Below are positions 1 through 9,982 of a stretch of DNA of 64,000 nt, in pieces; the stretch's first letter is position 1, and the number at the start of each line of letters is the position of its first letter. The DNA is taken from positions 8,217 to 72,216 of the forward strand of contig CACKBA010000002.1 of NCBI GenBank assembly GCA_902598295.1, given 5' to 3'. The translations under genes were made by a program, and so were the position numbers. Below the pieces are notes generated by a model, which saw nothing but the letters and a program-made list of their open reading frames with translations, made no database searches and was not told the origin of the DNA. This DNA comes from an uncultured Bacteroidota bacterium (GTDB lineage Bacteria; Bacteroidota; Bacteroidia; Flavobacteriales; Flavobacteriaceae).

Positions 1-1077
1 AACTGCTTCACCAGTTTTATTAACTCCATAACCTGAGTCACACCTTTCTTTGGCTGCTCTTGAAGCAACATCGCGAGGAACCAAATTACCAAAAGCAGGA
101 TACCTTCTTTCAAGGTAATAATCTCGATCTTGTTCGGCTATTTGTGTTGGTTTTAAAGTATTATTTCTAACTTTTTTGGCATCATCTAAATTTTTTGGCA
201 CCCAAATTCTTCCATCATTTCTTAATGACTCCGACATTAAAGTTAACTTAGACTGATAATCACCTGAGACAGGAATGCATGTTGGGTGTATTTGAGTGAA
301 AGAAGGGTTCGCGAAAAAAGCTCCTTTTCGGTGAACCTTCCAAGCAGCCGAAACATTACTGCCCATTGCATTTGTAGATAAATAAAATAAATTTCCATAA
401 CCACCCGATGCTAAAACAACAGCATGGGCAGAGTGACTTTCAATTTCACCCGTAATAAGATTTCTAGTTATAATCCCTCTAGCTTTTCCATCAACAATTA
501 CAATATCCATCATTTCGTGCCTGCTATACATTTTTATTTTTCCTCTAGCTATTTGCCTATTCATAGCAGAATAAGCACCCAAAAGCAACTGCTGTCCTGT
601 TTGACCCTTAGCATAAAAAGTTCTAGAAACTAAAACTCCTCCAAATGATCTATTGTCAAGTAGTCCTCCATATTCTCTAGCAAAAGGTACTCCTTGTGCT
701 ACACATTGATCAATAATGCTAGTAGAAACCTCTGCCAATCTATAAACATTAGCTTCTCTAGACCTGTAATCACCACCCTTTATTGTATCATAAAATAATC
801 TGTAGACAGAATCACCATCACCTTGATAGTTTTTTGCTGCGTTTATTCCGCCTTGGGCTGCTATTGAATGAGCTCTTCTTGATGAATCTTGAAAGCAAAA
901 AGCTTTGACATTATATCCTTGCTCTGCTAAAGTAGCAGACGCAGACCCACCAGCTAGACCAGTACCTACAACAATTACATCAATATTTCTTTTGTTTGCA
1001 GGACTAACTAAACGAACATTGTTCTTGTGTGTTGTCCATTTCAAGTCAAGTTTTCCTTCTGGTGTTTTAGAGTTCAA
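1..1077 (-). CDS. sdhA: succinate dehydrogenase/fumarate reductase flavoprotein subunit; C-terminal part lies beyond the window edge and the start is uncertain
   Basis: My minus-strand translation reads ..[109 protein letters not shown]... This contains the FAD-binding GxGxxG and the conserved SdhA/FrdA core. It lies downstream of sdhC. There is no in-frame ATG at the canonical start; the nearest candidate is TTG at 1077, and the frame stays open up to 1386. Confidence 0.85.
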   Translation of the reverse strand, partial: MNSKTPEGKLDLKWTTHKNNVRLVSPANKRNIDVIVVGTGLAGGSASATLAEQGYNVKAFCFQDSSRRAHSIAAQGGINAAKNYQGDGDSVYRLFYDTIKGGDYRSREANVYRLAEVSTSIIDQCVAQGVPFAREYGGLLDNRSFGGVLVSRTFYAKGQTGQQLLLGAYSAMNRQIARGKIKMYSRHEMMDIVIVDGKARGIITRNLITGEIESHSAHAVVLASGGYGNLFYLSTNAMGSNVSAAWKVHRKGAFFANPSFTQIHPTCIPVSGDYQSKLTLMSESLRNDGRIWVPKNLDDAKKVRNNTLKPTQIAEQDRDYYLERRYPAFGNLVPRDVASRAAKERCDSGYGVNKTGEAV

Positions 1078-1089
1078 AACAGAATTGGA

Positions 1090-1380
1090 AATTTTAATAT
1101 TTATAGCGTCGGCATGCAACTCTACAGATAAGTTTTTTAAAAGACGATTCTTTTCAAGATAATCAGGATCTGATGATTTTATGGGGTGTCTGTTAGGTGA
1201 TTTATGCCAATCCGAATCCCAATCAACAAGTTTACACTTTATTCCTGTACTTTTTTTAGTGACTTTGTATTTACCGTTGCCGATTGAATGATAATATCTC
1301 AAGCAAACTACCAATTCATCATTCCTAGAGTATTGATTTTTGGGTTTTCTATAATTAAGAGAATAAGTTACTTTCTTCAA
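1090..1380 (-). pseudogene. tyrosine-recombinase (integrase) arm-type N-terminal domain fragment, in frame with sdhA
   Basis: Hand translation from TTG at 1380 gives (M/L)[96 protein letters not shown]. The pattern (short basic strand, 'hhhhhR' strand, 'STG.k....W') is what I associate with Bacteroidota integrase N-termini. No catalytic domain follows. Call is by pattern recognition only. Confidence 0.45.
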
Positions 1381-1394
1381 ACGAAATTAAAATT

Positions 1395-1441
1395 ATTATA
1401 ACACACCTTTTACCTGTCAAAGATATATAAATTATAACACA
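1395..1441. repeat. two copies of an 11-bp direct repeat, attataacaca (1395-1405 and 1431-1441)
   Basis: Read directly in the spacer between the sdhC stop and the integrase-like fragment. On the minus strand each copy reads tgtgttataat, which contains TATAAT. Confidence 0.6.
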
Positions 1442-1462
1442 TTAAAAATTATTTTATATTTT

Positions 1463-2125
1463 TTAATGGGATAAAAAATGATAGATAGCAATAAAACAAA
1501 AACCAAGTGGAACTACGATACCAAATGAATAACTAATCTTTTTGATTAATGATGAATATTTGTTGCTTGTTCCTAAAGATTGGGTTGATGATGCCAATCC
1601 ATGGACTAAATGCAAAGCTAAAAATATAAATGAAACACAATAAAAACCTACTTTAATAGGGTCTTGAAATTTTTCTACTAATTCATGATGATATCTACTG
1701 GGATCATCAGGCTTAAATTGGATGTATTTGTATTCCATTTCTGGTATCCAAAAGTCATAAAAATGCAAGGCTAAAAAAGATAAGATAACTGTTCCAGATA
1801 AAATCATGTATCTTGAAACCAACAACGAATTTTTCGATCCTTTAAAAACAGCATAATTTACTGGTCTCGCTTTTCTGTTTTGATAATCTAAAATAAAACC
1901 CATAACAAAATGGAAAAGTACACCTGCAATCAATATTGGCTGAAGAACAAACTGAACTAATGGATTTGTACCCATAAAATGAGAAAGCCAATTAAATAAA
2001 CTCTCACTAAAAACAGATGTAATATTTATTAAAAAGTGTTGAGTTAAAAAAACAATTAAAAAAATACCAGATAATGCCATAGCGATTTTACGACCTATGG
2101 AAGAATTAAATAGTTTTTTTAACAT
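1463..2125 (-). CDS. sdhC: succinate dehydrogenase cytochrome b subunit (b558 family)
   Basis: 220-aa polytopic membrane protein. N-terminus ..SSIGRKIAMALSGIFLIVFLTQHF.. and conserved His residues are typical of the Bacteroidota SdhC. It is directly upstream of sdhA. Confidence 0.85.
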   Translation of the reverse strand: MLKKLFNSSIGRKIAMALSGIFLIVFLTQHFLINITSVFSESLFNWLSHFMGTNPLVQFVLQPILIAGVLFHFVMGFILDYQNRKARPVNYAVFKGSKNSLLVSRYMILSGTVILSFLALHFYDFWIPEMEYKYIQFKPDDPSRYHHELVEKFQDPIKVGFYCVSFIFLALHLVHGLASSTQSLGTSNKYSSLIKKISYSFGIVVPLGFCFIAIYHFLSH

Positions 2126-2171
2126 ACTGGTAAAATTACTTTACAGAAGCATTACAAGCAAATAATATGCC

Positions 2172-4997
2172 TTATTTAACTGAAAAACTCAACTCTTGAT
2201 TGTCAACTTTTAAAATATAGTTGCCCTTAATTAAGTATCTATTTCCATCATCGGATTTTTCTAAAACAAGTCCAATTTTTTTGAGGTAATTGCTACTGAA
2301 TTTTTTATCAATTACTATTGGGATTTTAACTTTATTAAATCCATGATCAACATTAAAATTACCTTTATATAAGGTCTTATAATTCTCATTTAAAACTTGA
2401 AATTCAAAATTTCCATTTTTAGAACTGAACAAATCAACAACTAACTTTTGACTTAAGTTTTGGTTTGAATAAATAATTTTTTTACCCCATGAATTAGAAA
2501 ACCTTATGTCTTCAGAATTTAATAAAGAAAGAATATTTTCATTGACTTTAGATTCCAAGTATTTAGAAAACAAATCCAATTCTATTTTATAAATTGACCT
2601 TCCATGAGTTCCAATTACTAACTCATTGGTTCCTTCGTGTATAACTAAATCATGAATTGCAACTCTTGGTAAATTATTTGAGAAAGGATGCCACTGAGAT
2701 CCCCTATCAAATGATATAAATAATCCATTATCAGTACCCAAATACAATATATTTTCGTTCTTTATATCTTCCCTCACCACATTAATGGGTGAAAACGGAA
2801 GGTTGGCAGAAATTTCATTCCATGAAATGCCATCATCTTCACTTATAAATAAATATGGTTTAAAATCATTATTTCTATAACCGTTCAATGATGCATAGAT
2901 TCTTTCATCTTTGTGTTTAGAAAAAATCACTCTGCTAACCCACAGGTTTGATGGTAAAGTGTTGGAAATATTTTTCCAAGATTCTCCAGAGTTTTGAGTC
3001 AAAACAATATTTCCATCATCTGATCCAACAACAATCTTCCCAAAACTAAAAACAGATTCATCTATACATGTTAGAGTTCCGTACGGTACATTTCCTTTTT
3101 TACCACCCTTTGTTAAGTCATTGGAAATATCTGTCCAGGTATCTCCTTGGCTAAAAGACCTATGTAACTTATTACTTCCAAAATAAATGATATCTTGATT
3201 GTGGGGTGAAATTAGTATGGGTGTTTGCCAATTAAATCTTAAAGGAGATTGACCAAGTTTGTGTCTTGGCTTTATACTTTTTCTAGTTCCTTGAGCGATA
3301 TTTAGTCTATAATAATTACCAAACTGCAGACCCGTGTATACAATGTTATTATCACGATTATCAATTTGAATTTGCATGCCATCGCCACCCATAATTTTTG
3401 TCCAATTATTATGACCAGACTCATACCAGTAGGGTGACTCTACTGAATTATTTTTTGCCATCCAAACTCCATTGTCTTGCAAACCACCATAAACATTGTA
3501 AGGATTCGAATTATCAACATTAATCGAATAAAATTGCCCTACTGAAGGTTGATTTAACTTTATCCAATTTGCACCTTCATCGTATGAAATATTAACACCT
3601 CCATCATTCCCCAAAACCAAATGATCTGTATTTTCCGGGTTAATCCAAAGATCATGGTGATCTACGTGAACATTACTTGCCCCAATTCTTTCAAAAGATT
3701 TACCTGAGTCATTTGACTTTAAAATGGGTACACCATATACATATATTTGATTTGAATTTATTGGTGATACATGAATTCTACCAAAATAATAACCATAACT
3801 GTTGTAAACACCATCTAAATATTCATCATTTTGTTTTTTCCAATTGATACCACCATCTACTGACTTATAAACTTCGGCTCCAATCACAGGAGTATCAAAT
3901 AGTTCAGCATTAGAATCTGTTAAAAATCTGTAAATATCCTCAGGTTTTAATTCATCGGATTGTATTCTAGCCTTTAGTTTATCAGAATTTAATCCTTTCT
4001 CAAATCCATTGTTTTTGATGAATAAATTCAATTTTTCGTTGTCCAAACTCATTAAATCTTGTTTAGACATATCTTTAAAATCTAATCTTTGAATTCCAGT
4101 TGGTTTTTCTTCCGCATTTCTCCTAAATTGATTGTCTAGAACAGCGTATAAAATATTAGAATCATAAATTGCCAGTCCAATTCTGCCAACACCAGTTCCA
4201 TTCGGAAATCCTGAATCTTTTGTTGTAATTTTTTCCCAACTCTTACCGCCATTAACTGTTTTGTAAATAGCAGAATTTTTACCACTACCAATAAAGTTCC
4301 ATGCAGTCCTACTTCTCTCCCAAAAAGAAGCATACTGAATGTCAAAATTATTTGGGTCGAAAACCAAATCAATAGCACCAGTATTATCATTGACATATAG
4401 TGATTTTGACCAAGTCTTTCCGCCATCATAAGAGTTAAATATGCCTCTCTGGGTATTTGCTGAATACAAGTGTCCAATAGCTGCAACAATAATATGTTGA
4501 TTATCATTTGGATTAATAATTATACGGCTAATATGATGTGTATCTCTCAAGCCAATATTTTCCCAACTTTCACCATTATCGAGAGACTTTAGAATACCAA
4601 TTCCTGGATATGACGATCTAGATGAATTACTTTCACCAGTTCCAACATAGATTGCCCTTGAACTCCAATCAACTACAAAGTCTCCAATATTTTGTGTCAT
4701 ACTATTGTCCATGACAGGCTTAAAGGTTGTACCATTATTAACAGTATGCCATAAACCACCCGATGCATAAGCAACAAAAAATTCGGTTGGATTGATTGGA
4801 TTTACCTCAATATCAGTTACCCTTCCACTCATGACGCTCGGCCCTATGTTTGTTACCTCTACATTTTTGACTATCGACATATTAATATTAGTTTCATAAG
4901 TATTTTCAGACTTTTCGATTAGTTCGAATGGAGTGTAATTAACCTGTGAGAAAGAAAAAAAAGAAAGAAATAATATTAAAAAGGTAAAATTTTTCAT
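2172..4997 (-). CDS. secreted BNR/Asp-box repeat, sortilin (VPS10)-like beta-propeller protein
   Basis: Has a signal peptide and many Asp-box motifs: SYDGGKTWSK, TVNGGKSWEK, SVDGGINWKK, SYDEGANWIK, SEDDGISWNE, SFDRGSQWHP. Confidence 0.8.
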   Translation of the reverse strand: MKNFTFLILFLSFFSFSQVNYTPFELIEKSENTYETNINMSIVKNVEVTNIGPSVMSGRVTDIEVNPINPTEFFVAYASGGLWHTVNNGTTFKPVMDNSMTQNIGDFVVDWSSRAIYVGTGESNSSRSSYPGIGILKSLDNGESWENIGLRDTHHISRIIINPNDNQHIIVAAIGHLYSANTQRGIFNSYDGGKTWSKSLYVNDNTGAIDLVFDPNNFDIQYASFWERSRTAWNFIGSGKNSAIYKTVNGGKSWEKITTKDSGFPNGTGVGRIGLAIYDSNILYAVLDNQFRRNAEEKPTGIQRLDFKDMSKQDLMSLDNEKLNLFIKNNGFEKGLNSDKLKARIQSDELKPEDIYRFLTDSNAELFDTPVIGAEVYKSVDGGINWKKQNDEYLDGVYNSYGYYFGRIHVSPINSNQIYVYGVPILKSNDSGKSFERIGASNVHVDHHDLWINPENTDHLVLGNDGGVNISYDEGANWIKLNQPSVGQFYSINVDNSNPYNVYGGLQDNGVWMAKNNSVESPYWYESGHNNWTKIMGGDGMQIQIDNRDNNIVYTGLQFGNYYRLNIAQGTRKSIKPRHKLGQSPLRFNWQTPILISPHNQDIIYFGSNKLHRSFSQGDTWTDISNDLTKGGKKGNVPYGTLTCIDESVFSFGKIVVGSDDGNIVLTQNSGESWKNISNTLPSNLWVSRVIFSKHKDERIYASLNGYRNNDFKPYLFISEDDGISWNEISANLPFSPINVVREDIKNENILYLGTDNGLFISFDRGSQWHPFSNNLPRVAIHDLVIHEGTNELVIGTHGRSIYKIELDLFSKYLESKVNENILSLLNSEDIRFSNSWGKKIIYSNQNLSQKLVVDLFSSKNGNFEFQVLNENYKTLYKGNFNVDHGFNKVKIPIVIDKKFSSNYLKKIGLVLEKSDDGNRYLIKGNYILKVDNQELSFSVK

Positions 4998-5034
4998 GAT
5001 TAAAATTTTTAAATTTGAATGATATCAAAATGCA

Positions 5035-6327
5035 ATGAAATACAAAAAGATTGATACAAAACTATTTATTAAAAATCGCAAAAATTTTGTAAATAAACTA
5101 GAAAGAAAGAGTATTGCATTTTTTAATTCTAATGACATATATCCAATAAGCGCTGATTCGACCCTTCCATTTGATCAACACAGGGATATATTTTATTTAA
5201 GTGGGATTGATCAAGAGGAAAGCTTGCTGGTCCTATTTCCAGACTCGGTAAATTTAAAATATAAAGAAATGTTGTTTCTAAGAGAAACGAATGAATACAT
5301 AACTCACTGGGAGGGTGAAAAACTAACAAAGGAACAAGCTAAGGATATTTCGGGAATTAGTAATATTTTCTGGTTGAGTGAATTTGATAATATTTTGAAA
5401 GAAATATTGTCACAAGCTGATTTTGTCTATGTAAATACCAACGAACATTACAGGCAAAATGTTCAAACTCAAACAAGAGAGGACAGATTTATCAACAGGT
5501 TGAAAAAAATAGGCGGGATTAAATTCAAAAAAAGTAATCCAATACTTCAAAGACAAAGATCTATTAAGGATGAAATCGAAATTGAGTTAATAAAAAATGC
5601 ATGCGAAATAACTAAAAAGGGCTTTGAAAGAGTGCTAAATTTTATTAAACCTGGAGTTTGGGAATACGAGATTGAAGCTGAGTTTTCTCATGAATTTTTA
5701 AGAAATAGATCTAGAAGATTTGCTTATACCCCAATTATTGCCTCTGGAAGAAATTCAAATTTTTTACATTATGTATACAACAACAAGCAATGTTTAGATG
5801 GTGAAATAGTATTGATGGATGTGGCAGCTGAATATGCGAACTATTCAAGTGACATGACAAGGACAGTGCCTATCAATGGTAGATTTAGTGAAAGACAAAA
5901 AACTATTTACAATGCTGTTCTAAATGTAAAAAATGCAGCAACAAAATTGCTTAGACCAGGTATATTATGGCATGATTACCACATAGAGGTTGGTAAAATT
6001 ATGACCTCTGAACTTCTAAAAATTAAATTGTTAGACAAATCTGATATTCAAAACGAAACAAATAAAACGCCAGCGTACAAAAAATATTTTAGCCATGGAA
6101 CTTCTCATCATTTAGGTCTTGATACTCATGACTACTGTGATTTGAAAATGCCAATGGAGAAAAATATGGTTTTGACTGTTGAACCTGGAATATATATTAA
6201 GGAAGAAGACTTTGGAATTAGATTGGAGGATGATGTTGTAATAAATGAAAATGGTGAACCAACCAACCTAATGGAAAATATTCCTATTGAAATTGAACAT
6301 ATTGAAGATTTGATGAATTCAAAATGA
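5035..6327 (+). CDS. pepP: Xaa-Pro aminopeptidase (M24B, aminopeptidase P family)
   Basis: M24 pita-bread motifs: DVAAEY..YSSDMTRT, HGTSHHLGLDTHD, VEPGIY, IRLEDDV. Confidence 0.85.
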   Translation: MKYKKIDTKLFIKNRKNFVNKLERKSIAFFNSNDIYPISADSTLPFDQHRDIFYLSGIDQEESLLVLFPDSVNLKYKEMLFLRETNEYITHWEGEKLTKEQAKDISGISNIFWLSEFDNILKEILSQADFVYVNTNEHYRQNVQTQTREDRFINRLKKIGGIKFKKSNPILQRQRSIKDEIEIELIKNACEITKKGFERVLNFIKPGVWEYEIEAEFSHEFLRNRSRRFAYTPIIASGRNSNFLHYVYNNKQCLDGEIVLMDVAAEYANYSSDMTRTVPINGRFSERQKTIYNAVLNVKNAATKLLRPGILWHDYHIEVGKIMTSELLKIKLLDKSDIQNETNKTPAYKKYFSHGTSHHLGLDTHDYCDLKMPMEKNMVLTVEPGIYIKEEDFGIRLEDDVVINENGEPTNLMENIPIEIEHIEDLMNSK

Positions 6328-7377
6328 TTTCCATCCCAAAGACTTAATTTCAGATTTCGATCCATTTCCTAAGTCTAAATAGGTTTTTTTATCATTTGTG
6401 ATATGTCCTATTACGTGCAAATCCTTTTGATCTTCGATAAGTTTTTCGTAATCTTTTGAAGAGATAGTAAACATGATTTCGTAATCTTCTCCACCTGACA
6501 TGATAACGGAAATGGGGTCTAAATTAAACTCTTCACATACTTTGAGAAGTATTTGGTCTTTATATATTTTTTCTGAATATAAAACACATCCCTTATCTGA
6601 ACTATTACATAAGTGAATTATCTCAGATGAAAGACCATCACTGATATCAATCATCGATGTGGGAATAATTGAATTATTATCTAAAAAGTCAATTAAATCA
6701 GTTCTTGCTTCAGGTTTTAATTGACGCTCTACCAATTCCTTATATGGTTCTAAATCAGGTTTGCTGTTCGGGTTAACTAAAAAAACCTGTTTTTCTCTTT
6801 CAAGAACTTGTAATCCAAGATAGGATAAACCTAACTTGCCAGAAACGATAATTAAGTCATTATTGTTAGCCCCAGACCTTTGACAAATTTTTTTCTTATC
6901 AACAACACCTACAGCAGTGACGGAAATTATTAAACCTTTTTGTGATGAAGTAGTGTCTCCACCAACTAAATCAACTTTATATCTTTTACAGGCGAGGTTA
7001 ATTCCTTCATAAAGCTCATTTAAAGATTCCAGTTTAAATCTGTTTGAAACTGCAATTGAAACGGTAATATGTTTACAAATTCCATTCATTGCACATATAT
7101 CTGAAATATTACTAACAACAGCTTTATATCCTAAGTGTTTTAGAGGAAAATAAGACAAATCAAAATGTACGCCCTCGACTAGCATATCAGTAGAAATCAA
7201 AGAATACATATTTGAATTTTTTATTACAGCGGAATCGTCTCCAATTCCAACTATGGTCGACTCATTATATATATTGACATTGTTTTTTATGTGTTCAATA
7301 AAACCAAATTCACCAACAGATGAGAGATCAGTTAATTTTAAATTATTTTTATTTGATTCTTTCTTACTATGGCCCAT
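6319..7377 (-). CDS. thiL: thiamine-monophosphate kinase
   Basis: AIR-synthase-like fold motifs IGDDSAVI, DMLVEGVHF, LVGGDTT and GGEDYE. Confidence 0.85.
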   Translation of the reverse strand: MGHSKKESNKNNLKLTDLSSVGEFGFIEHIKNNVNIYNESTIVGIGDDSAVIKNSNMYSLISTDMLVEGVHFDLSYFPLKHLGYKAVVSNISDICAMNGICKHITVSIAVSNRFKLESLNELYEGINLACKRYKVDLVGGDTTSSQKGLIISVTAVGVVDKKKICQRSGANNNDLIIVSGKLGLSYLGLQVLEREKQVFLVNPNSKPDLEPYKELVERQLKPEARTDLIDFLDNNSIIPTSMIDISDGLSSEIIHLCNSSDKGCVLYSEKIYKDQILLKVCEEFNLDPISVIMSGGEDYEIMFTISSKDYEKLIEDQKDLHVIGHITNDKKTYLDLGNGSKSEIKSLGWKSF

Positions 7378-7444
7378 ATTTTGAATGAAGATTACTTCAA
7401 ATTTAGATTAATAAATATTTTTTAAAGGATTATATTTGCAAAAT

Positions 7445-7774
7445 ATGATTAAAGTAGCTGAAACTGCAAGAGACGAAGTCAACAAACTAATGAAATTGGA
7501 TGGTTTTAATCCATCAAAAGATTTTATTCGTGTTGGTGTTAAAAGTGGGGGATGCTCTGGATTATCGTATGAGATGAAGTTTGATAGGCTTTCAGGTGAA
7601 AATGATAAAGTTTTTGAAAATAATGGTATAAAAATTGCCGTAGATAAAAAAAGTTTTTTGTATTTGATTGGAACAACACTTGAATACCATGGAGGATTAA
7701 ATGGAAAAGGGTTTGTTTTTAATAACCCAAATGCAAATAGAACATGTGGTTGCGGAGAAAGTTTTTCATTATAA
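7445..7774 (+). CDS. sufA: A-type iron-sulfur cluster carrier (IscA/SufA family)
   Basis: Motifs GGCSG..Y and C-terminal CGCGESF. First gene of the suf operon. I prefer the ATG at 7445 over the TTG at 7436 given in the ORF track. Confidence 0.85.
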   Translation: MIKVAETARDEVNKLMKLDGFNPSKDFIRVGVKSGGCSGLSYEMKFDRLSGENDKVFENNGIKIAVDKKSFLYLIGTTLEYHGGLNGKGFVFNNPNANRTCGCGESFSL

Positions 7775-7784
7775 GTAATTAAAA

Positions 7785-9227
7785 ATGGCTTACACAGAAG
7801 AAGAATTAAAAAAAGAGTTAGAGAGTCAAGAGTACCAATATGGTTTTACAACCGATATTGACTCTGAAACATTTCCAGTTGGATTAAACGAAGATATAGT
7901 CAAGGCTATTTCTAAAAAAAAGAATGAACCTGAATGGATGACTCAATGGAGACTGGAAGCGTATTCTGCTTGGAAGGAAATGGAAGAACCAAACTGGCAT
8001 AATGTAAAATATAAAAAACCTGATTTTCAAAGTATTTCTTACTTCTCAGCACCAAAAACAAATAAATATAAAAGCCTGGATGAAGTTGACCCGGAACTAA
8101 TCAAAACCTTTGAGAAACTTGGAATTTCAATTGAAGAACAAAAAAAATTAGCTGGAGTTGCTGTTGATATAGTTATGGATTCGGTTTCTGTCGCAACGAC
8201 ATTTAGAGAAACATTAGCGGAAAAGGGTATAATTTTTTGTTCAATTTCAGAAGCAATTAAAGATTACCCTGAATTAGTAAAAAAATATATTGGTAAAGTT
8301 ATACCTAGAAAGGATAATTATTATGCAGCACTAAATTCTGCAGTTTTTTCTGATGGATCATTTTGTTACATACCAAAGGGTGTTAAGTGTCCTATGGAAT
8401 TATCAACTTACTTTAGAATTAATCAAGCAGGTACGGGTCAGTTTGAAAGAACTTTAGTGATTGCAGATGAAGGAAGTTATGTTAGTTATTTAGAGGGCTG
8501 TACTGCTCCAAGTAGAGATGAAAATCAACTTCATGCAGCTGTTGTGGAACTAATTGCGATGGATAATGCTGAAATAAAATACTCAACTGTTCAAAATTGG
8601 TATCCTGGGAATAAACATGGGAAAGGGGGAGTGTACAATTTTGTGACCAAAAGAGGATTATGTAATACCAACTCAAAAATTTCATGGACTCAAGTAGAAA
8701 CTGGATCGGCTGTTACATGGAAATATCCATCTTGCATTTTAAAAGGTGACAATAGTATTGGAGAATTTTATTCAATCGCAGTAACCAATAACTATCAACA
8801 AGCAGACACAGGCACCAAGATGATTCACATCGGAAAAAACACAAAAAGTACCATTATTTCCAAAGGTATTTCTGCTGGAAAATCACAAAATAGTTATAGA
8901 GGACTTGTTCAAATCGGTAAAAGAGCATCCAATGCTAGGAACTTCTCTCAATGTGATTCTCTTTTAATGGGAAATAATTGTGGAGCACATACTTTCCCAT
9001 ACATTGAAGCAAAAAACAAATCAGCTCAAATTGAACACGAAGCAACAACAAGTAAAATCGGTGAGGATCAAATCTTTTATTGCAACCAAAGAGGAATTGA
9101 TACCGAAAAAGCTATTGCATTGATTGTTAATGGATTTAGTAAAGAAGTTTTAAACAAGCTGCCAATGGAGTTTGCTGTTGAAGCACAAAAATTACTTGAA
9201 ATATCTTTGGAAGGTTCTGTTGGTTAA
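7785..9227 (+). CDS. sufB: Fe-S cluster assembly protein SufB
   Basis: 480 aa with a typical SufB sequence (..YGFTTDI.., ..[16 protein letters not shown].., ..FYCNQRGI..). Confidence 0.95.
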   Translation: MAYTEEELKKELESQEYQYGFTTDIDSETFPVGLNEDIVKAISKKKNEPEWMTQWRLEAYSAWKEMEEPNWHNVKYKKPDFQSISYFSAPKTNKYKSLDEVDPELIKTFEKLGISIEEQKKLAGVAVDIVMDSVSVATTFRETLAEKGIIFCSISEAIKDYPELVKKYIGKVIPRKDNYYAALNSAVFSDGSFCYIPKGVKCPMELSTYFRINQAGTGQFERTLVIADEGSYVSYLEGCTAPSRDENQLHAAVVELIAMDNAEIKYSTVQNWYPGNKHGKGGVYNFVTKRGLCNTNSKISWTQVETGSAVTWKYPSCILKGDNSIGEFYSIAVTNNYQQADTGTKMIHIGKNTKSTIISKGISAGKSQNSYRGLVQIGKRASNARNFSQCDSLLMGNNCGAHTFPYIEAKNKSAQIEHEATTSKIGEDQIFYCNQRGIDTEKAIALIVNGFSKEVLNKLPMEFAVEAQKLLEISLEGSVG

Positions 9228-9239
9228 AAAATCTTTTTT

Positions 9240-9974
9240 ATGTTAAAAATTGAAAATTTACATGTTAGTATCGATGATAAAGAAATTCTTAAGGGATTAT
9301 CATTAGATGTTAAGCCTGGTGAAATCCATGCTATAATGGGACCAAATGGTTCTGGGAAAAGCACTCTTTCATCTGTCATTGCAGGAAATGAAGACTATGA
9401 AGTCATCAAGGGAAATATTTTTTATAATGATGAAAATATTGAAGATCTATCCGCAGAAGAAAGAGCAAATAAGGGAATTTTTATGTCATTTCAGTATCCT
9501 GTTGAAATACCAGGAATTACTGTCACAAACTTTATCAAAACAGCCATTAATTCAAACCTAAAAGCAAGAGGGGAAAAAGAAATGCCTGCTGGAGATATGC
9601 TAAAAAAAATTAGAGAAAAATCAAAGTTATTGGAAATTGACTCAAAATTTTTGTCAAGGTCTTTGAACGAAGGGTTCTCTGGGGGAGAGAAGAAAAGAAA
9701 TGAAATTTTTCAAATGGCAATGTTAGAACCAAGTCTTGCAATACTTGATGAAACTGACTCTGGTCTTGATATTGATGCTTTAAAGATTGTTGCAAATGGT
9801 GTAAATAAACTCAAAAATGATAATAATGCAATTATAATAATTACACACTATCAAAGACTTTTAGACTATATTCTCCCAGACTTCGTACATGTTCTTCAAG
9901 ACGGAAAAATCACAAAATCTGGAGATAAATCTTTGGCTATCGAGTTAGAGGAAAAAGGGTATGATTGGATTTAA
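9240..9974 (+). CDS. sufC: Fe-S cluster assembly ATPase SufC
   Basis: Walker A GPNGSGKST, ABC signature FSGGEKKR, Walker B ILDETDSGLD. Confidence 0.95.
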   Translation: MLKIENLHVSIDDKEILKGLSLDVKPGEIHAIMGPNGSGKSTLSSVIAGNEDYEVIKGNIFYNDENIEDLSAEERANKGIFMSFQYPVEIPGITVTNFIKTAINSNLKARGEKEMPAGDMLKKIREKSKLLEIDSKFLSRSLNEGFSGGEKKRNEIFQMAMLEPSLAILDETDSGLDIDALKIVANGVNKLKNDNNAIIIITHYQRLLDYILPDFVHVLQDGKITKSGDKSLAIELEEKGYDWI

Positions 9975-9982
9975 TTTTTAAT

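Noticed and set aside
424-1162. Plus-strand ORFs 424-633 and 905-1162
   Set aside because: They are antisense to the clearly conserved SdhA reading frame, low-complexity and without motifs. These are shadow ORFs typical of AT-rich DNA.
4136-4507. 123-aa minus-strand ORF nested in the BNR/sortilin-like gene
   Set aside because: It is an alternative frame of a 941-aa ORF that carries repeated Asp-box motifs. There is no independent support.
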